A stretch of 32,000 nt of DNA from Deinococcus radiodurans R1 = ATCC 13939 = DSM 20539 (GCF_000008565.1 NC_001263.1:2323347-2355346); one strand, 5' to 3'. Shown: positions 1 to 10,100, numbered from the stretch's first letter. The notes: generated by a model not told the origin, from the sequence alone. Numbers and translations are program-made.

Positions 1-585
1 GCGGCCACCGAACGCCGTATGACTAGTGTTGATGCCGGTGTCGATGATGTACGCCTTCACGCCGCTGCCGGTGGTGCCATAGGTGTAGCTGCTGTCGAGC
101 GGCAGGCTGCGCTGGTCGATGCGGTCGATGCCCCAGGTCGCCCCCGACTGGGTGGCACTGGCGTACATCATGCCGTCTTGCTCGATGTATTTCACGCGGT
201 GGTCGGCCCGCAGCGTTTGCAGGTTCTGGGCGCTGAGCTTGCCCGAAAAGCCTTCAAGGGCCTGGTTGTAGATGTTCTGAACGGTCACGCCCTGCGGGTC
301 GAGGTTCAGGGCGCGCACAAGCTGACCAGCGCTGAGACTGCTCAGTCGGCCAGAGCCCGTGTCCTGAGCACTGAGCGAGCCGCTGGACGCCCCTTCGCTG
401 AAGACCACGATGTACTGCCCGGCAATGGCGTCGGGCTTGTCGGTGCCGAGCAGCGGCGCAAGGGTGCGGGTGCGCTGCGCCGCCGTGTCGGGCTGGGCGC
501 TGGCCGCCGGGGTGCTTTGCTGCGAACCGCAGGACGCGAGGATCAGGGTGAGGGTAAGGGCGCCGGCAACGAGACGTGCGTTCAT
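1..585 (-). CDS. Subtilisin-like serine protease (peptidase S8, proteinase-K type) lipoprotein precursor, N-terminal part; gene continues past the window start
   Basis: Absent from the ORF track because it runs off the edge. Reverse-strand translation from ATG (585-583) gives MNARLVAGALTLTLILASCGSQQSTPAASAQ... with lipobox LASC. An I9-type propeptide follows (..ALEGFSGKLSAQNLQTLRADHRVKYIEQDG..). Then comes ATWGIDRIDQRSLPL...GVKAYIIDTGINTSHTAFGGR with the catalytic-Asp DTG motif. GGAGG (rc of 592-596) lies 6 nt upstream. Confidence 0.85.
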   Translation of the reverse strand, partial: MNARLVAGALTLTLILASCGSQQSTPAASAQPDTAAQRTRTLAPLLGTDKPDAIAGQYIVVFSEGASSGSLSAQDTGSGRLSSLSAGQLVRALNLDPQGVTVQNIYNQALEGFSGKLSAQNLQTLRADHRVKYIEQDGMMYASATQSGATWGIDRIDQRSLPLDSSYTYGTTGSGVKAYIIDTGINTSHTAFGGR

Positions 586-1103
586 GGTGGTCCTCCTGAC
601 TTCCTGCGGCTGCCACGACCCAACGCTCAGCCCAGGCGCCCACCCCAGAAGGCGGCGCCCAGCCGTTCGGGGTGTGACCACTCGGCTTGGAATTGGAGAG
701 AAGATAGGGGCCAGCGCCCCGCGTGTGAAGATCACGCAATTTTTCTTATTCGCTTCTCACAGGTGAAAACTTCTGTCAAGGGACAGCTTTCCGACGTGTC
801 CCACAGAGAAAAGTGGTGTTCGGTATATCGGGACGGCATCTTCATGTAAGATTTTTGTTTGAAATCTTTGGAAGGTCTTTTCGATTTATGACGCAACAGG
901 ATTTCCTAAAGAGGTCAAGTTGACGGCGTTTCTGCCAAGATTTGCCGGGTTTTTCACACTTTATTTCGTCTGGTCGTCTGGCGAGGCAGCGGAAAGGTCT
1001 AGATTTTCGCCCAGTCGCTGAAGGTGAAAGAGGGCCTGTTTTCTCCCCGACTCCACCTTTTGGCGGACGCAACTCTGGCCCAGTCAGGCGCGTACTATCA
1101 GTC

Positions 1104-1871
1104 ATGACCGACAAAGATCGCGACGCAGGCCCGTCCGGCAACGCTCCCTCGTGGGTGGACGAGGTGCTGTCTTCCTCGTCGTCTGCCCCGCGTCCAGTCG
1201 AAGGGCGGCACGGGCAGACGGCGGACCCGGCGCAGAACCCGGCGGGCACGGCGCCCGGCAGCGGGTGGGACCACTGGCCCCAGACGGACGCAGCGCGCGA
1301 CCTGCGCCTGCCGGGAGATCCGCCGCGCCCCGCGCCGCCCTCCTTCGACAGCGACGACTGGGCGGCCCGCGCCACCGGGGGGGAAGTTCGTGACCCGCAG
1401 GGCAGAGACCCCCAGGAGAGCCGCACCACCGTCTACTCCGCCGCCCCGCAGACCGACGCCTGGGGCGACCCGGTGCGGCCTGCACCCCCGGCGCCGGTCA
1501 AGCCGGTACGTGGGCAGATGGGCCAGAGCAATGGGCCCGCTGGCCTGCCCGTGCGGGAGGACATCGCGCAGAAGAAGCTGATTGCCGGACTGCTCGGCAT
1601 CTTTCTGGGCAGCCTGGGCGTGCACAAGTTCTACCTCGGTCAGAACGGGGCAGGGCTGCTGATGCTGGGGGTCAACATCGGCGTCTGGGTGCTGGCGATT
1701 GTGCTGTCGCTGCTCACGCTGGGCCTCGGGGCCATCATCCTGTTTCCGCTCGCGGGCTTCGTGACCAGCGTGCTGGGCGTCATCGGGCTAATCGAAGGCA
1801 TCCTGTACCTCACCAAGTCCGACGCCGACTTTCAGCGCGACTACCTGTACGGCAACAAAGCCTGGTTCTGA
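1104..1871 (+). CDS. TM2-domain membrane protein with a long Pro-rich N-terminal region
   Basis: In frame with track ORF 942..1871. I place the start at ATG 1104 (MTDKDRDAG...), preceded by TACTAT (1093-1098). The C-terminus KKLIAGLLGIFLGSLGVHKFYLGQNGAGLLMLG... is a typical TM2 domain with two helices. The stretch from 942 lies in AT-rich non-coding-looking DNA. Confidence 0.7.
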   Translation: MTDKDRDAGPSGNAPSWVDEVLSSSSSAPRPVEGRHGQTADPAQNPAGTAPGSGWDHWPQTDAARDLRLPGDPPRPAPPSFDSDDWAARATGGEVRDPQGRDPQESRTTVYSAAPQTDAWGDPVRPAPPAPVKPVRGQMGQSNGPAGLPVREDIAQKKLIAGLLGIFLGSLGVHKFYLGQNGAGLLMLGVNIGVWVLAIVLSLLTLGLGAIILFPLAGFVTSVLGVIGLIEGILYLTKSDADFQRDYLYGNKAWF

Positions 1872-1935
1872 GCGCACTGGTTCTGGCCCCGGCAGCGTTC
1901 GCGCTCCTTTAACCGTTTGCTCCTAGACTGCCCCC

Positions 1936-2598
1936 ATGCGCCTGCTGCTCGTCGAGGACGACCCCCGCATTGCCGAACCCACCGCCGCCGCCCTGCGTGA
2001 AGCCGGGTACGCGGTGACCTGGGCGCAAACGGGGCCGGAGGGCTTAGAGGCGGCGATGCTCGGCGAGTTTCCGCTGGTCGTCCTCGACGTGATGCTGCCG
2101 GGCCTGGACGGTTTCGAGATTGCCGGGCAGCTGCGCGAGGCGGAGGTGGACTCGCCCATCCTGTTTCTGACGGCGCGGGGCGAGGTGAGTGACCGGGTGC
2201 AGGGACTCGACCTCGGCGGCGACGCTTACCTCGTCAAGCCGTTTGCCATGCCTGAACTGCTCGCGCAGCTGCGCGCACTCACCCGGCGCGAACGGGGGCA
2301 GAGTGCGCCGCGCGTGAGCTTCGCCGGGGGGCGCGGCGGGCTGGATACGGTAGCGCGCACCGTGACCTGGGACGGGCAGGAAGTCGCCGTGACCGGGCGC
2401 GAGTACGAGCTGCTCAGCGCCCTGGCCCTGGCGCCCGAGCGCTGGCTGACGCGTGAGGAACTGCTCGACCGGGTGTGGGGGCCGGAGTTCGGGGGCGAGG
2501 CCCGCATCGTGGACGTGTACGTGCGCTACCTGCGGCGCAAACTGGCGCCCGAGGCCATCAGCAGCGAGCGGGGCCGGGGCTACCGGACCGAGAAGTGA
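1936..2598 (+). CDS. OmpR-family two-component response regulator
   Basis: Receiver domain [12 protein letters not shown]...[13 protein letters not shown]...LTARG...DAYLVKPF, plus a winged-helix C-terminus ([12 protein letters not shown]...[12 protein letters not shown]...RGRGY). Confidence 0.9.
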   Translation: MRLLLVEDDPRIAEPTAAALREAGYAVTWAQTGPEGLEAAMLGEFPLVVLDVMLPGLDGFEIAGQLREAEVDSPILFLTARGEVSDRVQGLDLGGDAYLVKPFAMPELLAQLRALTRRERGQSAPRVSFAGGRGGLDTVARTVTWDGQEVAVTGREYELLSALALAPERWLTREELLDRVWGPEFGGEARIVDVYVRYLRRKLAPEAISSERGRGYRTEK

Positions 2599-2611
2599 AC
2601 CGGACGGGCAA

Positions 2612-4120
2612 GTGAAGCTCTCGCTGCGTGCGCGCTGGGCGCTGTGGTCAGGGCTGGCGACGGGGCTGGCCGCCGTGCTGGTGGCGGCGGGCCTGTTTTT
2701 CGCCGTCAGCGGGTTGCTGCAACAGGCGCAGTACGACCGCGCCCTTGCGGCGGCGCGGACGGCGGGCGACCGCATCGAAGACCTCATTCGGCAGCGGCGC
2801 GACGACCCGCTCGACCTGCGGGGCCGCGACCACGACCACGACGCGCCCGAGTTTAATCCGCTCGATGTCCTCAGTGGCCGCGTCACGATTACGGCGGCGG
2901 ACCTCGAACGGGCGGCGCAGGGCGGTGGGCCGGGTGCTCAGCCCACGGGCCTGGAACTGCGGCTGACGGTGCCCCAGAACCCGGCGAGTCAGAGTTCAGA
3001 CGACGCCCCTGCACCCGGCTCACAAACCTGGGCCGCCGTGCAGACGGCGCGCTTTCCGGCGGGGGTGGCGGCGGGGCTCGCCCCCGGCATCTACCGGCGG
3101 GGCGACCTGCTGCTGGTGGTGCGCCCCCTGCGCGGCGGGGCGCGGCTCACGGCGGCGCAGGACGTGCAGGTGCTCGGCGCGGCGCGTGAGGCGTTCGGGC
3201 GGGCGCTGGCGTGGCTGCTGCCCGCCGCACTGCTGCTCGCGCTCGGGCTGGGTTGGTGGGTGGCGGGGCGGCTGCTGCGCCCAGTGCAGGCACTCGAAGG
3301 CGCAGCGCAGGCCATCGGCAGCGGGGGCGACCTGCGAACGCCGCTGCCGGGGGCGGGCGCGGGCGACGAACTCGCGCGGCTGGCGCTCACCTTGCAGCAG
3401 AGTTTCGGACGGCTCGCCGACTCGCGCGAGCGTGAGCAGGCTTTTCTGCGCGCCGCTGCCCACGACCTGCGCAGCCCGCTCGCCGCCCTGCAAGCGCGAG
3501 TGGACGGCACCCTGGCCCGCGAACGCGACCCCGAGCGCTACCAGCACGACCTGCGCGAACTTGGGCGCGACCTGACCCGGCTCTCTACCCTCGCCAACCA
3601 CCTGCTGCTGCTCGCGCGTGACCCCTCGGCGCTCGCCCGCGCTCCGGTGCCGCTGCGCGACCTCGCCGCCGACGCGGTGGACCGGGCCCGCGAACTCGAC
3701 CCGCTCGCCGACGTGGACCTGCTCCCCTGCCCGCCGCTGACGGTGCAGGGAGACCGGGTGCTGCTCGGCCAGGCCATCTGGAACCTGACCGCCAACGCAG
3801 TGCGGCACGCGCCGGAAGCGACGGTCACAGTGCGCGTTTCGCAAGGCGGTCCCTGGGCGCGCGTCACCGTACAGGACGATGGCCCCGGCGTGTCGCCCGA
3901 AGTGCTGGCCAAGCTCGGAGAAGCCTTTTACCGCCCCAGCGAGAGCCGCAGTGGAGACGGGCACGGCCTGGGGCTGGCCCTCGCCCGCCGCGCCGCCGAG
4001 TTGCACGGCGGAGAGTTGCAGCTGAGCAGCGCACCGGGCCAGGGCTTCTGCGCCGAGCTGGTGCTGCCGCTCTCTGGAATGGAACCGGCGGGCAGAGAAC
4101 CGGAGCATGTGACGCCATGA
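2612..4120 (+). CDS. Sensor histidine kinase (2 TM, HAMP, HisKA, HATPase_c)
   Basis: In frame with track ORF 2453..4120. GTG 2612 lies 13 nt after the regulator stop (VKLSLRARWALWSGLATGLAAVLVAAGLFF = TM1). H-box AAHDLRSPL, N-box IWNLTANAVRHA, G-boxes VQDDGPGV and GHGLGLAL. Confidence 0.85.
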   Translation: MKLSLRARWALWSGLATGLAAVLVAAGLFFAVSGLLQQAQYDRALAAARTAGDRIEDLIRQRRDDPLDLRGRDHDHDAPEFNPLDVLSGRVTITAADLERAAQGGGPGAQPTGLELRLTVPQNPASQSSDDAPAPGSQTWAAVQTARFPAGVAAGLAPGIYRRGDLLLVVRPLRGGARLTAAQDVQVLGAAREAFGRALAWLLPAALLLALGLGWWVAGRLLRPVQALEGAAQAIGSGGDLRTPLPGAGAGDELARLALTLQQSFGRLADSREREQAFLRAAAHDLRSPLAALQARVDGTLARERDPERYQHDLRELGRDLTRLSTLANHLLLLARDPSALARAPVPLRDLAADAVDRARELDPLADVDLLPCPPLTVQGDRVLLGQAIWNLTANAVRHAPEATVTVRVSQGGPWARVTVQDDGPGVSPEVLAKLGEAFYRPSESRSGDGHGLGLALARRAAELHGGELQLSSAPGQGFCAELVLPLSGMEPAGREPEHVTP

Positions 4121-4479
4121 AGACCCCTCATACGGCTTTAATCCGATTCCCGAACATCCGAAAGAGGCGCCGGATGCCCGTCCATCTCCTTAAAACCGTA
4201 TTTTTTCCATGCGCTCCGCGCAAAATTGTGCCCGGACATGTCCGGGACTCAATTTGAAACCGTATGAGTCAAAGAAAATACGGAGCTGAGCGGCGCGGAA
4301 GGGGTGGCGGCGCTTCTCCGACATCTCTGAAGAAGAGTTCAGCTCCGTATCAAACAGCGCAGGGCAATTCTTTTGTCAACGGCTCTTGGCGAGCAGACTG
4401 GGCGCTGAACAGACTGGGCGCTGCGCCGACTCACAGCAAACCGGGTCTCCCCCGCCGCGCGCTTGCTACCCTGCGTGCC
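4121..4479. repeat. Composite intergenic block of small palindromic and direct repeats (Deinococcus SNR/SRE-like mosaic)
   Basis: Arms CTCATACGG (4127-4135) / CCGTATGAG (4260-4268), extendable imperfectly to about 25 nt. Perfect 16-bp palindrome CCCGGACATGTCCGGG (4231-4246). 12-bp inverted repeat ATACGGAGCTGA (4278-4289) / TCAGCTCCGTAT (4339-4350). 14-bp direct repeat CAGACTGGGCGCTG at 4394-4407 and 4410-4423. Segment 4334-4386 resembles the left part of the repeat at 17918-18046. Confidence 0.6.
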
Positions 4480-5277
4480 ATGTCCCTTCCTGCGCAGGCC
4501 GCCCCCCACTGGAACGCTGTCGTCCTGGGAGGCGGCGACCCCGGCGACCCGTTTGCCGCCGCGCACGGGGCGAAGGTCAAGGCGCTGATCGAGCTGGCGG
4601 GCGAACCGCTGGGTCTGCACGTCCTGCGCGCGCTGCGGGAAAGTGGCCGGGTGGAGCGGGTGGCCTACGTGGGGCCGACCACGCCCGAGATGGACGCGCT
4701 GATCGACGAGCGCGTGACCGACGCGGGCAGCCTGCTCGCCAACCTGGAAGCCGGGGTGCGGGCGCTGCCGGGCGGCGAGCGGGCGGCGCGGGTGCTGGTG
4801 GTCACCGCCGACATTCCACTCGTGACGGCGGAGCAACTGCGCGACGTGCTCGACCAGGCCGCGCAGCAGTCGCCGGACGCTGGCCTCATCTACCCGGTGG
4901 TGCGGCGCGAGGCGTGCGACGCCGCGTTTCCGGGCGTCAAGCGCACGTATGTCAAGGTGCGCGACGGGACGTTTACCGGCGGCAACCTCTTTTTGCTCGA
5001 CCCGCGCCTCATCGGTCAGTTTTTGCCCCGGCTGCGCGAGGTGCTTGCGGCGCGCAAAGCCCCGCTCAAACTTGCCGGCATCATCGGGCCGTCGGTGCTG
5101 CTGCGGCTGCTGACGGGGCGGCTGGACGTGGCGACGCTGGAACGCAAGGTGAGCGAGATTCTGGGCGTGGAGGCGCGGGCGCTCATCACCCCGCACGCCG
5201 CCATCGGCACCGACATCGACAAGGACAGCGACCTTGAACTCGCGCGGCAGGTGCTCGGCCCGCGTTCCCCCGCCTAG
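4480..5277 (+). CDS. MobA-like NTP-transferase (nucleotidyltransferase) family protein
   Basis: In frame with track ORF 4264..5277. ATG 4480 ([25 protein letters not shown]...[11 protein letters not shown]...[16 protein letters not shown]...[12 protein letters not shown]). The upstream part of the ORF lies in repeat DNA. TGcTACCCT (4464-4472) sits 7 nt before the ATG. Confidence 0.65.
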   Translation: MSLPAQAAPHWNAVVLGGGDPGDPFAAAHGAKVKALIELAGEPLGLHVLRALRESGRVERVAYVGPTTPEMDALIDERVTDAGSLLANLEAGVRALPGGERAARVLVVTADIPLVTAEQLRDVLDQAAQQSPDAGLIYPVVRREACDAAFPGVKRTYVKVRDGTFTGGNLFLLDPRLIGQFLPRLREVLAARKAPLKLAGIIGPSVLLRLLTGRLDVATLERKVSEILGVEARALITPHAAIGTDIDKDSDLELARQVLGPRSPA

Positions 5278-5401
5278 AGCATTTGACAAAATGATGCCGT
5301 GTGAGTTTGACCCTCTACCTTGATGGGACTCGTAGAGCTGCAAAGCAGAGAGGGCCTCGCGCAGCGATGGGTGAGGGTGTCTTTTTCTGTCAACTGCTCT
5401 A
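5275..5401 (+). repeat. MITE-like small non-coding repeat, copy 1 (127 bp), terminal inverted repeats TAGAGCATTTGACA
   Basis: Matches the reverse complement of 10830-10935. Blocks of 23, 23 and 52 nt are identical or near-identical (3 mismatches in the 52-nt block). There is one 8-nt divergent patch and a 21-nt insertion (CTCGTAGAGCTGCAAAGCAGA) in this copy. Internal hairpin GACCCTC...GAGGGTC. Its first 3 nt are the TAG stop of the upstream CDS. Confidence 0.8.
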
Positions 5402-5511
5402 AACCTGAGCTTCACACTCAGATTTTCGCCGGTCTGGACGCACACTTTCGCCTGTCCTGCCGGGCGGCGCCTGCCCTTGCCATGCCCAGGCGGGCTGTGC
5501 ATACTGTCCCC

Positions 5512-5748
<237 letters not shown>

Positions 5749-5788
5749 ACCTCTTTTTCTTTCAACACTGTTGTCAGTACAGCTCCAG

Positions 5789-5812
5789 GCACGCTTCCGG
5801 GCGTGCTTTTTT
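5789..5812 (+). terminator. Intrinsic terminator after the ferredoxin gene
   Basis: GCACGC (5789-5794) / GCGTGC (5801-5806) stem followed by TTTTTT (5807-5812). Confidence 0.7.
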
Positions 5813-5881
5813 GTGGCTCCGGCAGTAACACCCCCAAGCGCGAGCTGGGTTACGGCGCCTCCGGGCGGCCTGGGGGCTATC

Positions 5882-6643
5882 ATGGCGTTTGTGCGGCTGC
5901 TGCTGCTTTCTGATATCCACGCCAACCTGACGGCTCTCCAAGCGGTAATGGAGGACGCCGAACGTCGTCGTTATGACCAGATTGTCCACCTGGGCGACGC
6001 GCTCGGCTACGGCCCGCATCCCCACGACGTGCTGGAAGTGCTGCGCGACCTCGACGCCAAATGCATCGTGGGCAACCACGACCAGATGCTGCTCGAATAC
6101 GCCGACGGCACCCGGCCCTACAAGGAAAGCACGGTGGCCTCGGTGCTCAAGTGGCAACTCGGGCGCCTGACCGAGCGCGACCTGCGCTGGGTGCGCGATT
6201 GGCGCGACGGCATCGACGACCCTGACGTGGGCGCGCGCTACCGCCACGGCACCCCGACCAGCCTCGACGAGTACATGGACTCGGTGCCCGCCGCCCGCGA
6301 CGCCTTCGCGCAGTGGCAGGGGATGCTGGCCTTCGTGGGCCACACCCATGTGCCGGCGGTGTACGCCACGCTCAACGCTCCGGTGGGCGACTGGATCAAA
6401 GGCCACACCCTGAGCGACACGACCACTTACCTGGTGCCGCCGCGCGCCCGCGTGATTCTCAACCCTGGCAGCGTGGGCCAGCCGCGCGACCACGACCCAC
6501 GCGCCAGCTACGCGATTTTCGACACGGCGCGCTCGGCGTTCGAGGTCTTCCGGGTGCCCTACGACGTGGCCCGCACCCAGGCCGCCATCCGCGAGGCGGG
6601 GCTGCCCGAGGTGCTCGCGGCGCGGCTCGCCGTCGGCAAATGA
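5882..6643 (+). CDS. Metallophosphoesterase (calcineurin-like, YfcE/MJ0936-type)
   Basis: [15 protein letters not shown] (DxH), HLGDALGYG (GD), VGNHD (GNHD), FVGHTHVP (GHxH). In frame with track ORF 5771..6643. Confidence 0.8.
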   Translation: MAFVRLLLLSDIHANLTALQAVMEDAERRRYDQIVHLGDALGYGPHPHDVLEVLRDLDAKCIVGNHDQMLLEYADGTRPYKESTVASVLKWQLGRLTERDLRWVRDWRDGIDDPDVGARYRHGTPTSLDEYMDSVPAARDAFAQWQGMLAFVGHTHVPAVYATLNAPVGDWIKGHTLSDTTTYLVPPRARVILNPGSVGQPRDHDPRASYAIFDTARSAFEVFRVPYDVARTQAAIREAGLPEVLAARLAVGK

Positions 6644-7605
6644 CCGCGCCCAGCAGTCCGGCACCTGCGCTGGCCGCTGCGGCGCTGCACGGCCCGCTGC
6701 TTGAACAAACCGGCAGCTTCGGCGGCAACGCGCTGCTGCTCTCCGGCCCGGCGCGGGTGGGCAAGCTCGACCTCGCCTACGCGATTGCCGCGCAGCACAA
6801 TTGCAGCGGCCCACGCGGCATGTACGGCGAGGCGTGCGGGCAATGTCCCTCGTGCCGCGCCCTGCAAGCCGGCGCGCACCCCGATGTGCTGCGGCTCGAG
6901 CCCCGCGCGACGACGAGCACCGGCAAGGCGGCCAGAAAACGCATCATTCCCATCGGCGCGGTGCTGGAAAGCCGCGACACGGGGCGCGAGTACGAGACGC
7001 ACGTCTACGAGTTTCTGGAAGTTCGACCTACCTTCGAGCGGCGGGTGGTCATCGTGGCGGGGGCCGAGTACCTCAACCCGCAGGCGGCGAACGCACTGCT
7101 CAAGCTGGTGGAGGAGCCGCCGCACCGCGCCCTGTTTCTCTTTCTGGCCGAGGACCTGCGCTCGGTATTGCCCACCATCGTCAGCCGCAGCGCCCGCCTG
7201 AGCGTGGTGCCGGCGAGCGACACGGCCATGTCGCGTGCGCTTATTCAGTCGGGGCAGGAGGCCGACGAGGAACTGCTCGCCTTCGCCGCCGGACGCGCCC
7301 GCGTGCTGAGCGAGGCCGAGGCGGTCCGCGCCGCGCTGGCAGACGCCCGTACGCTGACCACCGCCCTGGAAGACGGCCTGCTGACCGCGCTGGACGCCGC
7401 CGCCGCGCTGGAAAAGCGCTGGGATCCGACCTGGCACCCCGAGGCCCTGCGCTTCGCCTGGCGTGAGCGACTGCCGCAGCAACGTGCCCGCGCCGACCTC
7501 GCGCTGAGTGCCCTGGAAGCGGCGCTGGAAGCCTACGCCAACCCCGCGCTGAGTTTTCAGGTTTTTGCGCTGGCACTGCGCGAGGCGTTCGGGGAAAGCC
7601 GCTAG
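6640..7605 (+). CDS. holB: DNA polymerase III delta-prime subunit
   Basis: ATG 6640 overlaps the upstream TGA (ATGA). [19 protein letters not shown], zinc module [36 protein letters not shown] (SRC-like motif). In frame with track ORF 6313..7605. Confidence 0.75.
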   Translation: MTAPSSPAPALAAAALHGPLLEQTGSFGGNALLLSGPARVGKLDLAYAIAAQHNCSGPRGMYGEACGQCPSCRALQAGAHPDVLRLEPRATTSTGKAARKRIIPIGAVLESRDTGREYETHVYEFLEVRPTFERRVVIVAGAEYLNPQAANALLKLVEEPPHRALFLFLAEDLRSVLPTIVSRSARLSVVPASDTAMSRALIQSGQEADEELLAFAAGRARVLSEAEAVRAALADARTLTTALEDGLLTALDAAAALEKRWDPTWHPEALRFAWRERLPQQRARADLALSALEAALEAYANPALSFQVFALALREAFGESR

Positions 7606-7665
7606 GGGGCCGCCACCGCCCTGACCGTCCTGCGGCCCGCCACGCTCTGCTCTACTCTGCCCGGC

Positions 7666-8877
7666 ATGACCGTGACCCGCCCCCTGACGCTGCCCTGCGG
7701 CGTGACCATCAAAAACCGCCTGCTCAAGGGTGCCATGAGCGAGGCGCTGGGCACCCGCGACCACGCTCCCCGGCCCGAGCTGCCCGCGCTGTATGCCCGC
7801 TGGGCGCGGGGAGGCACCGGCATTTTGCTGACCGGCAACGTGATGGTGGACGCCCGCGCTCTGGGTGAACCCGGCAACGTGGTGCTGGAAGACGAGCGGC
7901 ACCTCGCCGAGTTCCACACCTGGGCGGTACAGGGCAGCCGGGACGGCGCCGCGCTGTGGCTGCAACTCAACCATCCCGGCAAGCAGGCGCCGCGTGGTCT
8001 GAATGCGGGCGGCACGGTGGCCCCGAGTGCGCTGCCCTACCCCGGCAGCATGGCCCGCGCCTTCGAGATGCCGCGCGCGCTGACGGTGCCCGAGATTCAC
8101 GACCTGACCGCCCGCTTTGCCCGCTCGGCGCGGCTGGCGCAGCGGGCGGGCTTCGGTGGCGTGCAACTCCACGCGGCGCACGGCTACCTGCTGTCGCAGT
8201 TCCTCTCGCCCCGGCACAACGTGCGGGAAGACGAGTACGGCGGCAGCCTGGAGAACCGGATGCGTTTTCTGCTGGAGACCTTCGACGCGGTGCGCGCGGC
8301 GGTGGGGCCACACTTCCCGGTCAGCGTGAAACTCAACTCTTCCGATTTCGTGCGCGGTGGCTTTTCGGAGGACGACAGCCTGGCGGTGGTGGCGGCGCTG
8401 GGGGCGCGGGGCTGCGACCTGATTGAGATTTCGGGCGGCACCTACGAGAAGCCGATGATGATGCTCGGCCAGGGCGAACGCGGCGGCTTCTTCGCTGATT
8501 TCGCGGGCCGGGCGCGGGCGGCGGCGGGCGTGCCGCTGTGCGTGACCGGCGGCTTTCGTGACGCCGCAACCATTCGGCAGACGCTGGCAAGCGGGGCCGC
8601 CGACGTGGTGGGCCTGGGCCGCCCGCTGGTCGCCGATCCCGCCTTTAGCGCCCGCATGCTGCGCGGCGAGGACGTGAGCAGCGAGGTGCGCCCGCTGAAA
8701 ACGGGCATCGGCCTGCTCGACGGCAGCGGCTACCTGGAAATCGCCTGGTATGAGGACGCCATGCGGCGGCTCGCGCGGGGAGAACAGGTCCGGGCCGGGG
8801 AGGCGCCGCTGCTCGCGCTGGCCCGTAGCGCGGCGGAAACTGGCCTGGGCTCGGTGCTCAGGCGGCGCCGGGCGTAG
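7666..8877 (+). CDS. NADH:flavin oxidoreductase, Old Yellow Enzyme family
   Basis: LWLQLNHPGKQ...GFGGVQLHAAHGYLLSQFLSPRHNVREDEYGGSLENRMRFLLE...GCDLIEISGG. TACTCT (7653-7658) lies 7 nt before the ATG. Confidence 0.85.
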   Translation: MTVTRPLTLPCGVTIKNRLLKGAMSEALGTRDHAPRPELPALYARWARGGTGILLTGNVMVDARALGEPGNVVLEDERHLAEFHTWAVQGSRDGAALWLQLNHPGKQAPRGLNAGGTVAPSALPYPGSMARAFEMPRALTVPEIHDLTARFARSARLAQRAGFGGVQLHAAHGYLLSQFLSPRHNVREDEYGGSLENRMRFLLETFDAVRAAVGPHFPVSVKLNSSDFVRGGFSEDDSLAVVAALGARGCDLIEISGGTYEKPMMMLGQGERGGFFADFAGRARAAAGVPLCVTGGFRDAATIRQTLASGAADVVGLGRPLVADPAFSARMLRGEDVSSEVRPLKTGIGLLDGSGYLEIAWYEDAMRRLARGEQVRAGEAPLLALARSAAETGLGSVLRRRRA

Positions 8878-8939
8878 GCCGCCAGCTTTAAGCCAGTTGA
8901 CCGATTCGGCCCCCGGCCCCCGCGTGCTATGACCGGCGC

Positions 8940-10100
8940 ATGTCCAGCATCGACCTCGGCGGCGATTATCACGCCCGGCCCATTTCCCCGTCCGAGTACC
9001 GGAAGGTGATGACCCGGCTGGAAGACCGGGTGTTCGGCGGCAATTGGGACTACCGCTTTGACCCGCCCACCAAAGCGCCACCCCCGCCCGGCGAGGAGTT
9101 CGCCTGGGGTCTGTTTCACGGCGCGGAGCCCGTCGGCTGGAGCTACGCCACGCAGCGGGGCGACCGCACCGTGTACATGGCCGACACCGGCATCCTGCCC
9201 GAGCACCAGGGCCGGGGCCTGTATACCCGCTTGCTGCCGCACCTGCTCGCGGCGTTCCGGGCGGCGGGGTACACGCTGGTGCAAAGCCACCACCGGGCGA
9301 CGAACAACCGCGTCATCATTCCCAAGCTGCGGGCCGGGTTCTTCATTCAGGGCCTTGACCTCTACGCCCACGGTCTGAATGCGGCGCTGACCCTCTCGCT
9401 GGACGACACCTACCGGGACGCGCAGCAGGTCCGCAGCGGCTTCCGGCAACCGGGAGCGGAGGCGGCGCGGCGGCTGGGGGTGCGGGTGTTGCCCACGTTG
9501 TCAGAGTCGGAGCCCACATCACAGCCAGCCTTGCCTGAAGGAACGGGGCCGGACCTTGACCTCGGAGGCGGCTACGCGCTGCGCTCGGTGGACTTCGTGC
9601 AGGCGGTCGGCATCATGACGGCTTTGGAAAGCCGAGCCTACGACACCGTGTCCTTCGACTGGCAGGGAAACGCCCCTTTTTCGCCGCCGCAGGGCGAGCG
9701 CTACGCCTGGCTCATCCTGTACGGCGACGCCATTGCAGGCTGGCAGATTTCGCGGCAGTGGGACAGCCGCACGGCGTACATGGTCAACACGGCGCTGCTG
9801 CCGGAACACCGGGGCCGGGGCGTCTACAGCCGCCTGCTGCCCCTCGTGCTGGGGCAACTGCGTGACGCGGGCTATCAACTTATTCGCAGCCACCACCACG
9901 CGACGAACAACGCGGTCTTGATTCCCAAACTCCGCGCCGGATTCCGCTTGCAGGGCCTGGAAGTGGATTATCACGGCGTCATGGCGGTGCTGATCTGCCC
10001 GCTGGACGAGGTGTACGCCGAGTACATGGATCTTCGGAGCGGCCTCAAGCGCCCGGCTGGGGAAGCGGCGCGGCGCATCGGGCTGGCAGAAGACGACTAA
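8940..10100 (+). CDS. Tandem double GNAT-like acetyltransferase (internal duplication)
   Basis: The two halves are clearly homologous. LPEHQGRGLYTRLLP..SHHRATNNRVIIPKLRAGFFIQGL..RSGFRQPGAEAARRLGV versus LPEHRGRGVYSRLLP..SHHHATNNAVLIPKLRAGFRLQGL..RSGLKRPAGEAARRIGL. They are joined by the linker RVLPTLSESEPTSQPALPEGTG. Confidence 0.7.
   Translation: MSSIDLGGDYHARPISPSEYRKVMTRLEDRVFGGNWDYRFDPPTKAPPPPGEEFAWGLFHGAEPVGWSYATQRGDRTVYMADTGILPEHQGRGLYTRLLPHLLAAFRAAGYTLVQSHHRATNNRVIIPKLRAGFFIQGLDLYAHGLNAALTLSLDDTYRDAQQVRSGFRQPGAEAARRLGVRVLPTLSESEPTSQPALPEGTGPDLDLGGGYALRSVDFVQAVGIMTALESRAYDTVSFDWQGNAPFSPPQGERYAWLILYGDAIAGWQISRQWDSRTAYMVNTALLPEHRGRGVYSRLLPLVLGQLRDAGYQLIRSHHHATNNAVLIPKLRAGFRLQGLEVDYHGVMAVLICPLDEVYAEYMDLRSGLKRPAGEAARRIGLAEDD

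Noticed and set aside
19-849. 276-aa plus-strand ORF at the window start
   Set aside because: It is antisense to the well-supported S8 protease N-terminus (signal peptide, I9 propeptide, DTG motif).
6559-9081. 840-aa ORF on the minus strand, the longest in the track
   Set aside because: It is antisense to holB and the OYE reductase, both of which have clear family motifs. Its product is Arg/Ala/Gly/Pro-rich with no recognisable domain. Stop-free antisense frames are expected at this GC content.
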